From an uncultured Bacteroidales bacterium (GTDB lineage Bacteria > Bacteroidota > Bacteroidia > Bacteroidales > UBA932): 64,000 bases of DNA. Both the position numbers and the translations under genes were made by a program. Every line of letters begins with the position of its first letter. The first letter of the stretch is position 1. Under the pieces are notes generated by a model. It was not told the origin of the DNA. It saw only the letters and a list, made by a program, of their open reading frames with translations, and did not search any database. Location of the stretch: NCBI GenBank assembly GCA_946611215.1, contig CAMODD010000004.1, forward strand, positions 2,717-66,716, given 5' to 3'. Positions 38,451 through 47,516 of the stretch are shown piece after piece.

Positions 38451-38547
38451 GTCGCAGATTTATAACATCTTACCAAAATTGTCCCTGGTAGAACTGACGG
38501 GGATAATTTTTGTATCTTATTGAGAGATAGTTATTTGCGCATCACGC
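38448..38547. repeat. 90-bp module plus CATCACGC tail; direct partner of 34160-34259
   Basis: TAAGTCGCAGATTTATAACATCTTA; hairpin AAAATTGTCCC...GGGATAATTTT; TATCTTATTGAGAGATAGTTATTTG. Confidence 0.75.
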
Positions 38548-39165
38548 CTATTTGCTGACCAACCCCACGGAAGTGTCTTTGTTCTGGCACTTGGAGAGGA
38601 TGGTCTGGGCGAGGTTGCGGTAGATGCCATCTTCCGGGATGCCTTCCTGCCGGACCACCTCCAGGGCCTCGTCAAACAGTGCTGCCTCACGGAGGAACTC
38701 GGCGTAGATGAGCTTGCTCTCTACAGAGAAGATGCCGATGAGTTCCCGGACCACTCCGCGAAACTCCTCCAGCTCTTCCTCTGAGGGCTTGTGGTCTTCC
38801 TGGACAGATCCTCTCTGGTATTCATCGTTATAGGCCCAGATGTATTCAAGGAACAGGTTAATCCTGTCCTTTTTCCCGGCCCCGGAGCGGAGCGCCGCAA
38901 GGGCCAGTCTCATGTCGGGGTACTCCAGTTCACCCCTTTCGGATGAGTAGTCGTCTCCATCCCGGTGCCTGGCCCTCTCATAGAAGAAGTATCCGCCGCA
39001 GGCAGGACACTTCTGGACCCAGGAAACATGGGGGAGCATAGGGTAGAAGGTCTTGAGGTCCCACCACTGTTTCCCTCCGAAGGTGTTGCCGCTCTCAAGG
39101 GTGAGAAGGCTTTTCTCGGCTTTGCAGTGGGGGCATTTGACAATAAGGGCGAGTCCTGGTAACAT
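38548..39165 (-). CDS. Hypothetical zinc-ribbon plus helical protein
   Basis: CPHC..SGNTFG..CPACG followed by a helical TPR-like region; starts 3 nt after the preA stop. Confidence 0.65.
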   Translation of the reverse strand: MLPGLALIVKCPHCKAEKSLLTLESGNTFGGKQWWDLKTFYPMLPHVSWVQKCPACGGYFFYERARHRDGDDYSSERGELEYPDMRLALAALRSGAGKKDRINLFLEYIWAYNDEYQRGSVQEDHKPSEEELEEFRGVVRELIGIFSVESKLIYAEFLREAALFDEALEVVRQEGIPEDGIYRNLAQTILSKCQNKDTSVGLVSK

Positions 39166-39168
39166 ATT

Positions 39169-40611
39169 TTAAGCTTTTTTTACCCTCTTTGCCGACGAAA
39201 TAGCCCCGACAGGGCATACAAGCCGGCAGAGATGGCATCCAACACACTTTGGGCCGATGAACCGGGGCCTCCGGTTTTCCGGGTCAAAGACAAGGGCCTG
39301 GTGGCCGCCGTCCTGGCAGGAGATGGTGCATCGGCCACAGCCGATACACTTGGACGTGTCAAACTTGGGATAGACAATGCTGCTGCGGTCCAGATCGGAG
39401 GGAAGGCGGAAGAAAGGCCGAAGTTCTCCGACAAGGTCTGTCAGATGCCGGACGCCCCTTTCTGCCATATAGGTCTTAAGACCCGAAATCAGGTCCTCTA
39501 TGATACGGTAACCGTATTGCATGACGGCCGTGCACACTTGAACATTGCGGCAGCCGATCCGGATGTACTCCAAGGCGTCATGCCAGGTCTCAATGCCCCC
39601 CACGCCACTGTACTCGATGTTTTTCATCATGGGGTTCTGGACCATGGAGAGGATATGCCGCAGTGCGATCGGTTTCACGGCCCTGCCGGAATAACCGGAT
39701 CCGGTTTGGTAGCCGCTCACCTCAGATCCATCTCCCATGGTAATGCTTTTAATGGTGTTGATGGCCGATATGGCATCGGCCCCGGCAAAATAAGCACCCA
39801 TGGCAGGGCCGGAGATGTGGGCGATATTGGGCGTCATCTTGGTGATGACCGGAATGGAGACACTGCGTTTTACGTAGGCGGTAAAGAAGGTGACCAGCTC
39901 AGGGTCCTGGCCTACGTCTGAACCCATTCCCGCCTCACGCATCTGGGGGCAGGAAAAGTTCAGCTCCACGGCATCGCAGCCGGCATCCTCGGCCATTTTG
40001 GCAAGTTCTGTCCAGTCCTCTTCCTTCTGCCCCATGATGGAGGCGATGATAATCTTGGAAGGGTAATCCCGTTTCAGGCGCCGGAGGATGTCGAAGTCCA
40101 TCTCCACGGTATTCTCGCTCAGCTGCTCCATATTGCGGAAGCCATAGAAATCTCCCTTCTTTCCGCCACCGTATACGGCGTCAAAGCGGGGAGATACTTC
40201 CTTGATTTCCTGCAGGCAGATGGTCTTGTAGAACACGCCGCCCCATCCGGCTTCCAGTGCACGCGCAACCATCTCGTAGTTCGTACATACGGCAGACGAA
40301 GCCAGGAAGAAGGGATTCTCGCAGCGGATGCCGCAAAAATCAATCTCCAGGCTGGGGAGCGGCTTCTCGGGCGCATCCGGCAGCTCTTTTACCATCTCCC
40401 GGATGCGAATGGGAAAGTCATAGTGGATGCAGGCTTTCTCTGCTGCTTCCAGCTCCTCTTCTGTGCAGTCTTTCACCCATTTGCGGGCGTTGGCCACATT
40501 GTCAAACCGAATGGAACGGATGGCTTTGGCAGGGTCTCCACCCTTGCAGGCTTTGGTGCAGGGCGCATCTGCGCAGAGCAGACAGCGTGAGGCTTCTTCA
40601 AGTATATGCAT
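39169..40611 (-). CDS. preA: Dihydropyrimidine dehydrogenase PreA-like subunit with an N-terminal PreT/GltD-type Fe-S mini-domain
   Basis: EASRCLLCADAPC; NPFFLAS, GFRNMEQLS, ELNFSCP, KMTPN, GYSGRAVKPIAL; C-terminal CIGCGRC/CVGCHLC. Confidence 0.88.
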   Translation of the reverse strand: MHILEEASRCLLCADAPCTKACKGGDPAKAIRSIRFDNVANARKWVKDCTEEELEAAEKACIHYDFPIRIREMVKELPDAPEKPLPSLEIDFCGIRCENPFFLASSAVCTNYEMVARALEAGWGGVFYKTICLQEIKEVSPRFDAVYGGGKKGDFYGFRNMEQLSENTVEMDFDILRRLKRDYPSKIIIASIMGQKEEDWTELAKMAEDAGCDAVELNFSCPQMREAGMGSDVGQDPELVTFFTAYVKRSVSIPVITKMTPNIAHISGPAMGAYFAGADAISAINTIKSITMGDGSEVSGYQTGSGYSGRAVKPIALRHILSMVQNPMMKNIEYSGVGGIETWHDALEYIRIGCRNVQVCTAVMQYGYRIIEDLISGLKTYMAERGVRHLTDLVGELRPFFRLPSDLDRSSIVYPKFDTSKCIGCGRCTISCQDGGHQALVFDPENRRPRFIGPKCVGCHLCRLVCPVGAISSAKRVKKA

Positions 40612-40633
40612 AAACTTTTATTTATCCAATGCC

Positions 40634-40641
40634 CAAAGATA
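40634..40641 (-). promoter_or_regulatory. -7 promoter box for preA
   Basis: TATCTTTG on the minus strand. Confidence 0.55.
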
Positions 40642-40682
40642 AGGTTTATTTTTAAATATGTCTAGGGATGAGCCGATGTTGC

Positions 40683-40718
40683 AAAAAAAAGGTGGCCTCA
40701 AATATGAGGTCACCTTTT
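40683..40718 (-). terminator. Rho-independent terminator of the susC operon
   Basis: GGTGGCCTCA-AATA-TGAGGTCACC stem followed by a T8 run on the minus strand. Confidence 0.85.
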
Positions 40719-40738
40719 GGGAGATATCGCTGGAATAA

Positions 40739-43489
40739 TTAGTCAGCGGTGGGGAAGTCGCACAGATTGCCAGTCCATTCGCTGAGGGCGTTATTCACGT
40801 CATCGGCGTGGTTCTCTTCGGAGAGGACATTGCTTCCAGCCATGTGTGACATCTTGGACCAGTCGAGGTCATAGGCAGTGTCACCGGCCATGTTGACGGT
40901 TTTACCGTTTTCGGTATCGCCGAACATCCATTTAACCATCAGCCCTTCTGCGTCGTTTGCCACGTCGCACAGGCTCTTGGCAATTTCAGAGGCAGCCAGA
41001 GGACGGTTCCAAACACGGGCGTAGTCAAAGTATCCGTCAAAGAGCTGGCTGAAAGGATGATTTCCGCCGTCAGCATCCCAGGACATACCCAGTTCAAAGC
41101 GCTCCAGGAAGAAGTCGGGCGCTTTTTCAGTGTCGAAGGTGTAGCTGTTGATGTACTCCTTATTGTCGTAAATGTCGATGGATCCTTCAGCATTTACAAC
41201 CACGGTGAGTACGTGCCAGGTGTTGTCGGAGACGATGTAGAAATCGGTTTCGCCTTTTTTGGTAACCTTAAGGTCGAGTCCCCAGGCGTTGTTGTTCAGA
41301 CGGAGAGCACCGGGTGCGGTGTCGTCGCAGCTGAAGCGGAACAGGAAAGCGGGGTTCTCTCCCTTGGCTTCGAAGGTGCAGAGACGGTCTACCTGATTTC
41401 CGCTCTTCCAGCCGTTGGAGAAGAATTTCACCTGGAAGGTGCCGCCCTGCTTGAAGTTATGGGCGTTTTCTTTGGTGAAGAGGAAGTTCTCGGAGATGTC
41501 TCCGTTGGGCTTCAGAACCCAGCCTTCACGATTGGTTACAGCCGGGGTGTCGGGGTTGGTCGGGTTGACGGCACCACCACCGCCCATGCCTACGCACAGA
41601 TTCTCACTCCATTCAACGAGAGCGTTGCTTACGTCTTCGGCGTGGTTCTCTTCGGAGAGGACATTGCTTCCAGCCATGTGTGACATCTTGGACCAGTCGA
41701 GGTCATAGGCAGTGTCACCGGCCATGTTGACGGTTTTACCGTTTTCGGTATCGCCGAACATCCATTTAACCATCAGCCCTTCTGCGTCGTTTGCCACGTC
41801 GCACAGGCTCTTGGCAATTTCAGAGGCAGCCAGAGGACGGTTCCAAACACGGGCGTAGTCAAAGTATCCGTCAAAGAGCTGGCTGAAAGGATGATTTCCG
41901 CCGTCAGCATCCCAGGACATACCCAGTTCAAAGCGCTCCAGGAAGAAGTCGGGCGCTTTTTCAGTGTCGAAGGTGTAGCTGTTGATGTACTCCTTATTGT
42001 CGTAAATGTCGATGGATCCTTCAGCATTTACAACCACGGTGAGTACGTGCCAGGTGTTGTCGGAGACGATGTAGAAATCGGTTTCGCCTTTTTTGGTAAC
42101 CTTAAGGTCGAGTCCCCAGGCGTTGTTGTTCAGACGGAGAGCACCGGGTGCGGTGTCGTCGCAGCTGAAGCGGAACAGGAAAGCGGGGTTCTCTCCCTTG
42201 GCTTCGAAGGTGCAGAGACGGTCTACCTGATTTCCGCTCTTCCAGCCGTTGGAGAAGAATTTCACCTGGAAGGTGCCGCCCTGCTTGAAGTTATGGGCGT
42301 TTTCTTTGGTGAAGAGGAAGTTCTCGGAGATGTCTCCGTTGGGCTTCAGAACCCAGCCGTTGCGGATTGCATCGGTTTCCTGTACAGGTTCACCGGCTTT
42401 CTGTGCAATTACAATCGTCTGCAGCTTGTTCTCGGTGCCGGCCTCGTAGATGTACACTTCACCGGTACGGATTTCCTCGGTGGGGTTGTCCTCGAGGGCC
42501 AGGGTGATGGTGTAGTTGTTAGCCTTCACGTCCACGACGGAGATCCAGCTCACCTGCGGCTTGATGGAGTTCTTGTCCAGGGAAACGTTGGAAACGATGT
42601 GGGCGTCCACAGAGCCGTTAGCGCTCTCGCCGATATAGTCGATGTTGTTCTGCTCGTCGGCCTTGGGGTCGGAGGGAGTGGCATAGGCCTGCTCCTCTTC
42701 GGCGCCGAAGGTGAGTTTTACGATGGAGGTAAGACCTACCTTGGAGTCGGCATAAGCCAGGGCGGTACCCTCGGCCACGGCCTTGGGAGTGATCACGAAC
42801 TTGTCGGCCTCTACGGTAGCCTTGAAGTTGGCGTCGGTGAAGATGTCAACCTCGGTGCCGTCGATCTTGGCGTTCACGGTGTAGGGAACGTCAAAGGCGT
42901 CGGTGGTGGTTACTTTGTAGGTGGTCTTGGGGATCACGAGCTTGAAGGCGCTGCCGATGGGAATGTTCACCGTGGAGTTGTCGGAGAGAGTGAGCACCAC
43001 GTGGGTAGCGGTGACTTCGATGTTCTTGAAGATGCCATCCTTGAGGGCCGTGCCGCTCTCGAAGCCGCCCAGCTCCTTCTTCTCACCGGCAATCACTGCA
43101 TACAGCTTGCCGTTCTCCACATAGATGTTGGTTACCTGGCTCACCAGGAGGTCCTTGCCTTCGAACTGGAGGATTTCTCCGTCGATGGCCCAGCACAGCT
43201 CCTGCTTGGCGTTCTTCACCACGGTGAGGGAACCGGCACCGCCGGCCGAGATCTTGAGGGTGACCACGGTGCCGTCTCCGTAGGTAACGGTGACGCCTTC
43301 GTCGGTCTTTTCTACCTTCTGGACATACTGGCCCAGAGCCACGGCATTGGCAGCCTTCATCTGGGCTTCCAGATTGCCTACCTTGGTTTCAAGGGTGGTG
43401 ACACGGTTTTTGAGGTCCGAGTCATCGTACTGTTTGGCGCAGCCCACCAGGGCGAGGGCTACAGCAAAAGCAGATAAAACTTTCTTCAT
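40739..43489 (-). CDS. Surface lipoprotein: coiled-coil N-terminus (DUF4988-like), BACON-like domain, two tandem LamG/ConA-like domains
   Basis: Lipobox LVGC, YDDSDLKNRV; WISV..N...RTG.V; WHVLTVV, FDGYFDYARVWNRPLAASEI twice. Confidence 0.8.
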   Translation of the reverse strand: MKKVLSAFAVALALVGCAKQYDDSDLKNRVTTLETKVGNLEAQMKAANAVALGQYVQKVEKTDEGVTVTYGDGTVVTLKISAGGAGSLTVVKNAKQELCWAIDGEILQFEGKDLLVSQVTNIYVENGKLYAVIAGEKKELGGFESGTALKDGIFKNIEVTATHVVLTLSDNSTVNIPIGSAFKLVIPKTTYKVTTTDAFDVPYTVNAKIDGTEVDIFTDANFKATVEADKFVITPKAVAEGTALAYADSKVGLTSIVKLTFGAEEEQAYATPSDPKADEQNNIDYIGESANGSVDAHIVSNVSLDKNSIKPQVSWISVVDVKANNYTITLALEDNPTEEIRTGEVYIYEAGTENKLQTIVIAQKAGEPVQETDAIRNGWVLKPNGDISENFLFTKENAHNFKQGGTFQVKFFSNGWKSGNQVDRLCTFEAKGENPAFLFRFSCDDTAPGALRLNNNAWGLDLKVTKKGETDFYIVSDNTWHVLTVVVNAEGSIDIYDNKEYINSYTFDTEKAPDFFLERFELGMSWDADGGNHPFSQLFDGYFDYARVWNRPLAASEIAKSLCDVANDAEGLMVKWMFGDTENGKTVNMAGDTAYDLDWSKMSHMAGSNVLSEENHAEDVSNALVEWSENLCVGMGGGGAVNPTNPDTPAVTNREGWVLKPNGDISENFLFTKENAHNFKQGGTFQVKFFSNGWKSGNQVDRLCTFEAKGENPAFLFRFSCDDTAPGALRLNNNAWGLDLKVTKKGETDFYIVSDNTWHVLTVVVNAEGSIDIYDNKEYINSYTFDTEKAPDFFLERFELGMSWDADGGNHPFSQLFDGYFDYARVWNRPLAASEIAKSLCDVANDAEGLMVKWMFGDTENGKTVNMAGDTAYDLDWSKMSHMAGSNVLSEENHADDVNNALSEWTGNLCDFPTAD
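40803..42358. repeat. Intragenic tandem duplication with 834-bp period and 722-bp apparently identical core
   Basis: 40803-41524 matches 41637-42358; the ORF track gives identical peptides in alternative frames at an 834 offset. Confidence 0.93.
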
Positions 43490-43515
43490 AAGTTGGTTGT
43501 GTATTGGTTATTAAA

Positions 43516-44766
43516 TTATTGTGCGCATTTGTTTTTGGCATCCTTCACCCAGGCAACGGAAGAGCCGGCTTCGGGGGTGCTGGAATAGTTTGTCTCATCC
43601 TTCTGACGCTCGGACTTGTCCCAGTCCATGTCGTTGCCGTTCACGGAATCCTTGAAGATGTGGCCTTCGCCCTCGTTCATCTTCCAGTAACCCAGAAGAC
43701 CCTCGGACTTGGCGTCCACCGAGCAGAGGGTAGAGGCAATCTCACTCTGGGAACGGGCAATGTTCCAGATACGCATCTCGGCCATGCGGCCGGTGTAGCT
43801 CTGGGAGCCGCCGTAACCGCCCCAGGACATGCCAATCTCGAAACGGTTGAGCTTGAAGGCCTGGCTGCCGGAGATGGTGTTCTGCCAGGGCGTATCCTTC
43901 TCACCGTTGACGTAGACATTGAGGTCGGAACCGTTCCAGACAATGGAAATCATGTACCACTGGTTTTCGTTGAACGCACCCTCGGCGCTGTCGCCTTCGC
44001 CGGTGGCACCGGTGACGTAACGGCCGTTGGGGGCTACGATATCCAGCGTCTTCCAGGGCTTACCGTTCTCGTTGAAACGGAGCAGCACCTGTCCGCCGCC
44101 GTCCTCGTTCCAGCAGGCCAGGCGGCACAGCTGGTCGCTTCCGCGCTTTTTCATGTTATAAGGATGAGCCTTGAGCTCCAGGGTCCATGCATCACCCAGG
44201 TCGTAGTTGCCCTTGCCCAGGTTGTAGGTGCTGTACACGCCGGTATTCGGAATATCCAGGGAGAAGGTCTCCATGGTCTTGCCCACTTTGATAAACAGGC
44301 TCTTGGAACCCTCCAGGATTTCTGCGTTACCCCCTTCCACATAAGCCACCGAGAGGGGAATCACGTAGATGACACCTTCCTCGATGAATGTGTTGTCGGT
44401 CATGGTGACAGACGTCATGGAAGAGACGGCCGTACCCTTGGAGATGGTCACGTACTCGTCGTTCACGAGGACTACGTCGCGGGGAACGTTGACATAGCTG
44501 GTACCGTTGGTCTTGTTGTAGGCCACCATGGCCAGGGAGTCGTACTGGATGTGGACCTTCATGTCTTCGGGAGCCACACCGGTAGCGGAGATGGAGAAGT
44601 TATAGGTGATGGGCACCTGGTCGGCAAGGATGCGGTCGGCCGATACCGGGGAGGAGTCTGTCCCCGTGATGAGGACAATCTCCTGACCGTATTTGAATTT
44701 GTCGGCCTGGTTGCAGGCGGTGAAGACCAGTGCCATGGCCAGCATAGGAATGATATACTTTTTCAT
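43516..44766 (-). CDS. DUF1735 + LamG surface glycan-binding lipoprotein
   Basis: Lipobox FTAC; AYNKTNGTSY, YVIPLSV; WYMISIVWNG, GRMAEMRIWN, LLGYWKMNEG. Confidence 0.85.
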   Translation of the reverse strand: MKKYIIPMLAMALVFTACNQADKFKYGQEIVLITGTDSSPVSADRILADQVPITYNFSISATGVAPEDMKVHIQYDSLAMVAYNKTNGTSYVNVPRDVVLVNDEYVTISKGTAVSSMTSVTMTDNTFIEEGVIYVIPLSVAYVEGGNAEILEGSKSLFIKVGKTMETFSLDIPNTGVYSTYNLGKGNYDLGDAWTLELKAHPYNMKKRGSDQLCRLACWNEDGGGQVLLRFNENGKPWKTLDIVAPNGRYVTGATGEGDSAEGAFNENQWYMISIVWNGSDLNVYVNGEKDTPWQNTISGSQAFKLNRFEIGMSWGGYGGSQSYTGRMAEMRIWNIARSQSEIASTLCSVDAKSEGLLGYWKMNEGEGHIFKDSVNGNDMDWDKSERQKDETNYSSTPEAGSSVAWVKDAKNKCAQ

Positions 44767-44775
44767 GGCCGTTTA

Positions 44776-45915
44776 CTATTTGTGCGGGTTGATAATCTGG
44801 ATGGCGCGGCGCAGGAAGCCGTAGGACTCATAGTTGCAGTCCTTGTAGCCCTTGTTCTGCAGGGCCGTCACGCCATTGTCGTAGTCGTTGTCAATGTAGT
44901 AGGCGCCGAATCCGCCGCCCTGGCCCTCGGTAGCCTCGGAAGAGTAGCGGGCATAACGCTCCAGCATGTACATCTTCTCGCCGTCGGGGTTGGTCATGTT
45001 GGTGGGATAGCCGCCGTTGAGGTAGTTGGGACCTTCGCCGGAAGACTGCTCATACTGCTCGCAGTAAACCATCTTCTCTGCGGGGCACCAGTCGGGACCA
45101 CCCACACCGGCACCCTGGGCAGAATAGGCCTGCTTCACAAGGTAGTCGATATAAGGTTCGACATTGGCTCCGGGATAGCCGCCAAAGTAGTCGATGATGA
45201 GGAGCTTTTCGGGATTCTCGCCCTTGGGGCCGAAGTATTTGCCCACTTCGTCGATGACCCAGAAGATCTGGGTGCCGCCCCAGCCTTCGTAGTCGAAGTC
45301 CACACCGTCCAGGCCGTGGGTGTTCACAATGTCCACGATGAGGCGGCCGTAGGCGCGGATGGACTCCTCGTCAGAGGAAGAAACCGTCCAGGTCTTGCCT
45401 TCCAGCTCGAACTCCTGTCCGTAGTGGGAAGCATCGGCGTGCATCACGAACCGCGTACCCTTGAACTTCTGGCAGAACTCCAGGTCGAAGTAGGCGTTGG
45501 GAGAGTAGTCGTAGGTGTGCATGGGAGCGCGCTCAATCTCACCGGTTTCCTCGTTCTTGACGTTGCCGATGAAGCAGGCGTCGGTGTACTCCTGCTTCAT
45601 GGGAGTACCCATCCACAGGTTCACGATGTCCAGGGAATCCGGCAGGGACATCAGGCGCGGTTTCATGTTCTTATACTCGATGAACAGGCTGGTGGAGCCT
45701 TCCGGCGGAGCCCATGCAGCGAAGTATACGTAGGAAATGGTGTGCTTGCTCTTTTTCCATTCCCTCAGGTTCTCATAGTAGGCCTGATTCTCGGCAGAGA
45801 GCGCACTCTCGTCCAGGGAGTAGGTCTTGATATCCTGAATTTTCAGTTTCTCCACCTTGGTGTCGCAGGCAGCGAGGGCCAGGGCAGCAGAAAGGATATA
45901 GATAATCTTTTTCAT
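44776..45915 (-). CDS. GH18 endo-beta-N-acetylglucosaminidase-like lipoprotein
   Basis: Lipobox LAAC; YYENLREWKKS, LPDSLDIVNLW, intact DGVDFDYE catalytic motif, QAY, GGFGAY, LRRAIQIINP. Confidence 0.88.
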   Translation of the reverse strand: MKKIIYILSAALALAACDTKVEKLKIQDIKTYSLDESALSAENQAYYENLREWKKSKHTISYVYFAAWAPPEGSTSLFIEYKNMKPRLMSLPDSLDIVNLWMGTPMKQEYTDACFIGNVKNEETGEIERAPMHTYDYSPNAYFDLEFCQKFKGTRFVMHADASHYGQEFELEGKTWTVSSSDEESIRAYGRLIVDIVNTHGLDGVDFDYEGWGGTQIFWVIDEVGKYFGPKGENPEKLLIIDYFGGYPGANVEPYIDYLVKQAYSAQGAGVGGPDWCPAEKMVYCEQYEQSSGEGPNYLNGGYPTNMTNPDGEKMYMLERYARYSSEATEGQGGGFGAYYIDNDYDNGVTALQNKGYKDCNYESYGFLRRAIQIINPHK

Positions 45916-45929
45916 CTTGGTCCGTCTTG

Positions 45930-47507
45930 TTAGTTGTTAAACGGCTTCTGGTCCCACCACAGGCGGGTGCCTGCGTTGTCGTTGCCACCGAGGGCTTCTA
46001 CACCGGAGGCATAACCGGCGGCGTTGTCGGACTGCTCAGACACGGGGTAGGGCACGCGGCGGATACCCTGGTCGGTGTTGACCACACCGTTGGAGAAGTT
46101 GTTGGCGGGAGTGATGAGCACCGGGTAGTGCAGACGGCGGTACTCGGCCCAGGCCTCGCAGCTGTTGGGGAAGAGGGCCAGCCATTTCTGGGTGCCAATT
46201 TTCTCCAGTTTCTTCTCCTCGCTCAGCGCCTCATTCCAGGCAATGGTGACGGTGGAAGGAGCTGTTACGGTCATTTTCCCCACCGGTGCTTTGTAGTCGG
46301 CCGGTTTGGCGGTATTATTGGCGATGTAAGATGCAGCGCCTTCGACACCCCACTCCTGGAAAGATAGTTTAATGCCCTGCTCGTAGAATTCCTTGGCACT
46401 TCCGCCCATGCTCCAGCCCAGGAGGGCACCCTCGGCGCGCAGGAAAGCGACCTCGGCTGCATTGAGCCAGCATACTTTATAGATAGAGGCATTAGGTGCA
46501 GATACTTTTCCTGCCGTGTTCTTGTAATCGGTCCAGGAAGAAGGAGCGATACCGGGACGTACGCCATGCAGCTTGCCGTCGGCAGCGGGCTTGGCATACT
46601 TGAACATGCGGGGATCGTTGTAACCGTTCAGGTAAACCTCCAGCGAAGCACCCACCTGGGTATCGGCATCGTTGAAGTTGGTGTTGATCTCATAGATGGG
46701 GTGGTGACCCACGCCGCTCATAACCGCGTTGCCGCTGTTGTCCACGATGACGCCGAAGGGGCTGGCGATGGATTTCTCGGCCTCGGTGCGGGCCAGGGCG
46801 GCATTGGCATAGCGGATGCGCATGGCAAGGCGGAGGCGGAGGGAGTTGGCGAAGCGGACCCATGCGGCGGCGTCACCGCCGTACACGAGGTCGTAGTCCT
46901 CCAGGAGCTTGGCACCGGAAGCGGCTACTTTCTCCAAGATGGCGATGGACTCGTCCAGCTCGCTCAGGAACTGGTCGTACACCACGTCAAGCGGGTCGTA
47001 GAGGTTGGTGAGCTCACCGAAGTGGGAGTAGGCGATGGGACCGTAGTAGTCTGCCACCTGATGCATGGTGGCCACCTTGAGCACTTTGGCAAGCGCCAGC
47101 TCGTTGACCATATTCAGCTCCTTGGCGGCTTTCTCGAAGTCCTGGTAACCGCCCATACCGTATTCGTACTTGACGGTGAACATGCGGCGGTGCCACCCGT
47201 CGTTTACATCCCAACCGGCGTTGTGGCCGTCGGAGAGGGTGGGAGCCATATATCCGCACCAGGTTTCGGCGCAGAGGTTATACATGATCTGGTAGTCGGA
47301 ATCCAGATAGGTTCCGTCGCGGAAGATGATGACCGAGCGCTCCAGCTGCTGGAACATGCCGCCGAGGGCCAGACCGTCCTGAGCCATCTGCTCGTCGGAC
47401 ACTCCGTACTGGTCTTTGTTGATGTTCTCGAATCCTTTGGTGCAGGAGGCGAGGGTAGTAGCGGCGGCAAGGGTGATGATTGCTTTGAAAATATGTTTCA
47501 TATCCAT
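45930..47507 (-). CDS. susD: SusD/RagB family lipoprotein
   Basis: LASCTKGFENIN, DYYGPIAYS, WVRFANSLRLRLAMR, QKWLALFP..EAWAEYRR, TRLWWD. Confidence 0.94.
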   Translation of the reverse strand: MDMKHIFKAIITLAAATTLASCTKGFENINKDQYGVSDEQMAQDGLALGGMFQQLERSVIIFRDGTYLDSDYQIMYNLCAETWCGYMAPTLSDGHNAGWDVNDGWHRRMFTVKYEYGMGGYQDFEKAAKELNMVNELALAKVLKVATMHQVADYYGPIAYSHFGELTNLYDPLDVVYDQFLSELDESIAILEKVAASGAKLLEDYDLVYGGDAAAWVRFANSLRLRLAMRIRYANAALARTEAEKSIASPFGVIVDNSGNAVMSGVGHHPIYEINTNFNDADTQVGASLEVYLNGYNDPRMFKYAKPAADGKLHGVRPGIAPSSWTDYKNTAGKVSAPNASIYKVCWLNAAEVAFLRAEGALLGWSMGGSAKEFYEQGIKLSFQEWGVEGAASYIANNTAKPADYKAPVGKMTVTAPSTVTIAWNEALSEEKKLEKIGTQKWLALFPNSCEAWAEYRRLHYPVLITPANNFSNGVVNTDQGIRRVPYPVSEQSDNAAGYASGVEALGGNDNAGTRLWWDQKPFNN

Positions 47508-47516
47508 GGCGCTCTG

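Noticed and set aside
40803-42358. Duplication as a diversity-generating retroelement TR/VR pair
   Set aside because: The copies are in-frame domains of one gene, show no adenine-specific mismatches, and there is no reverse transcriptase in the window
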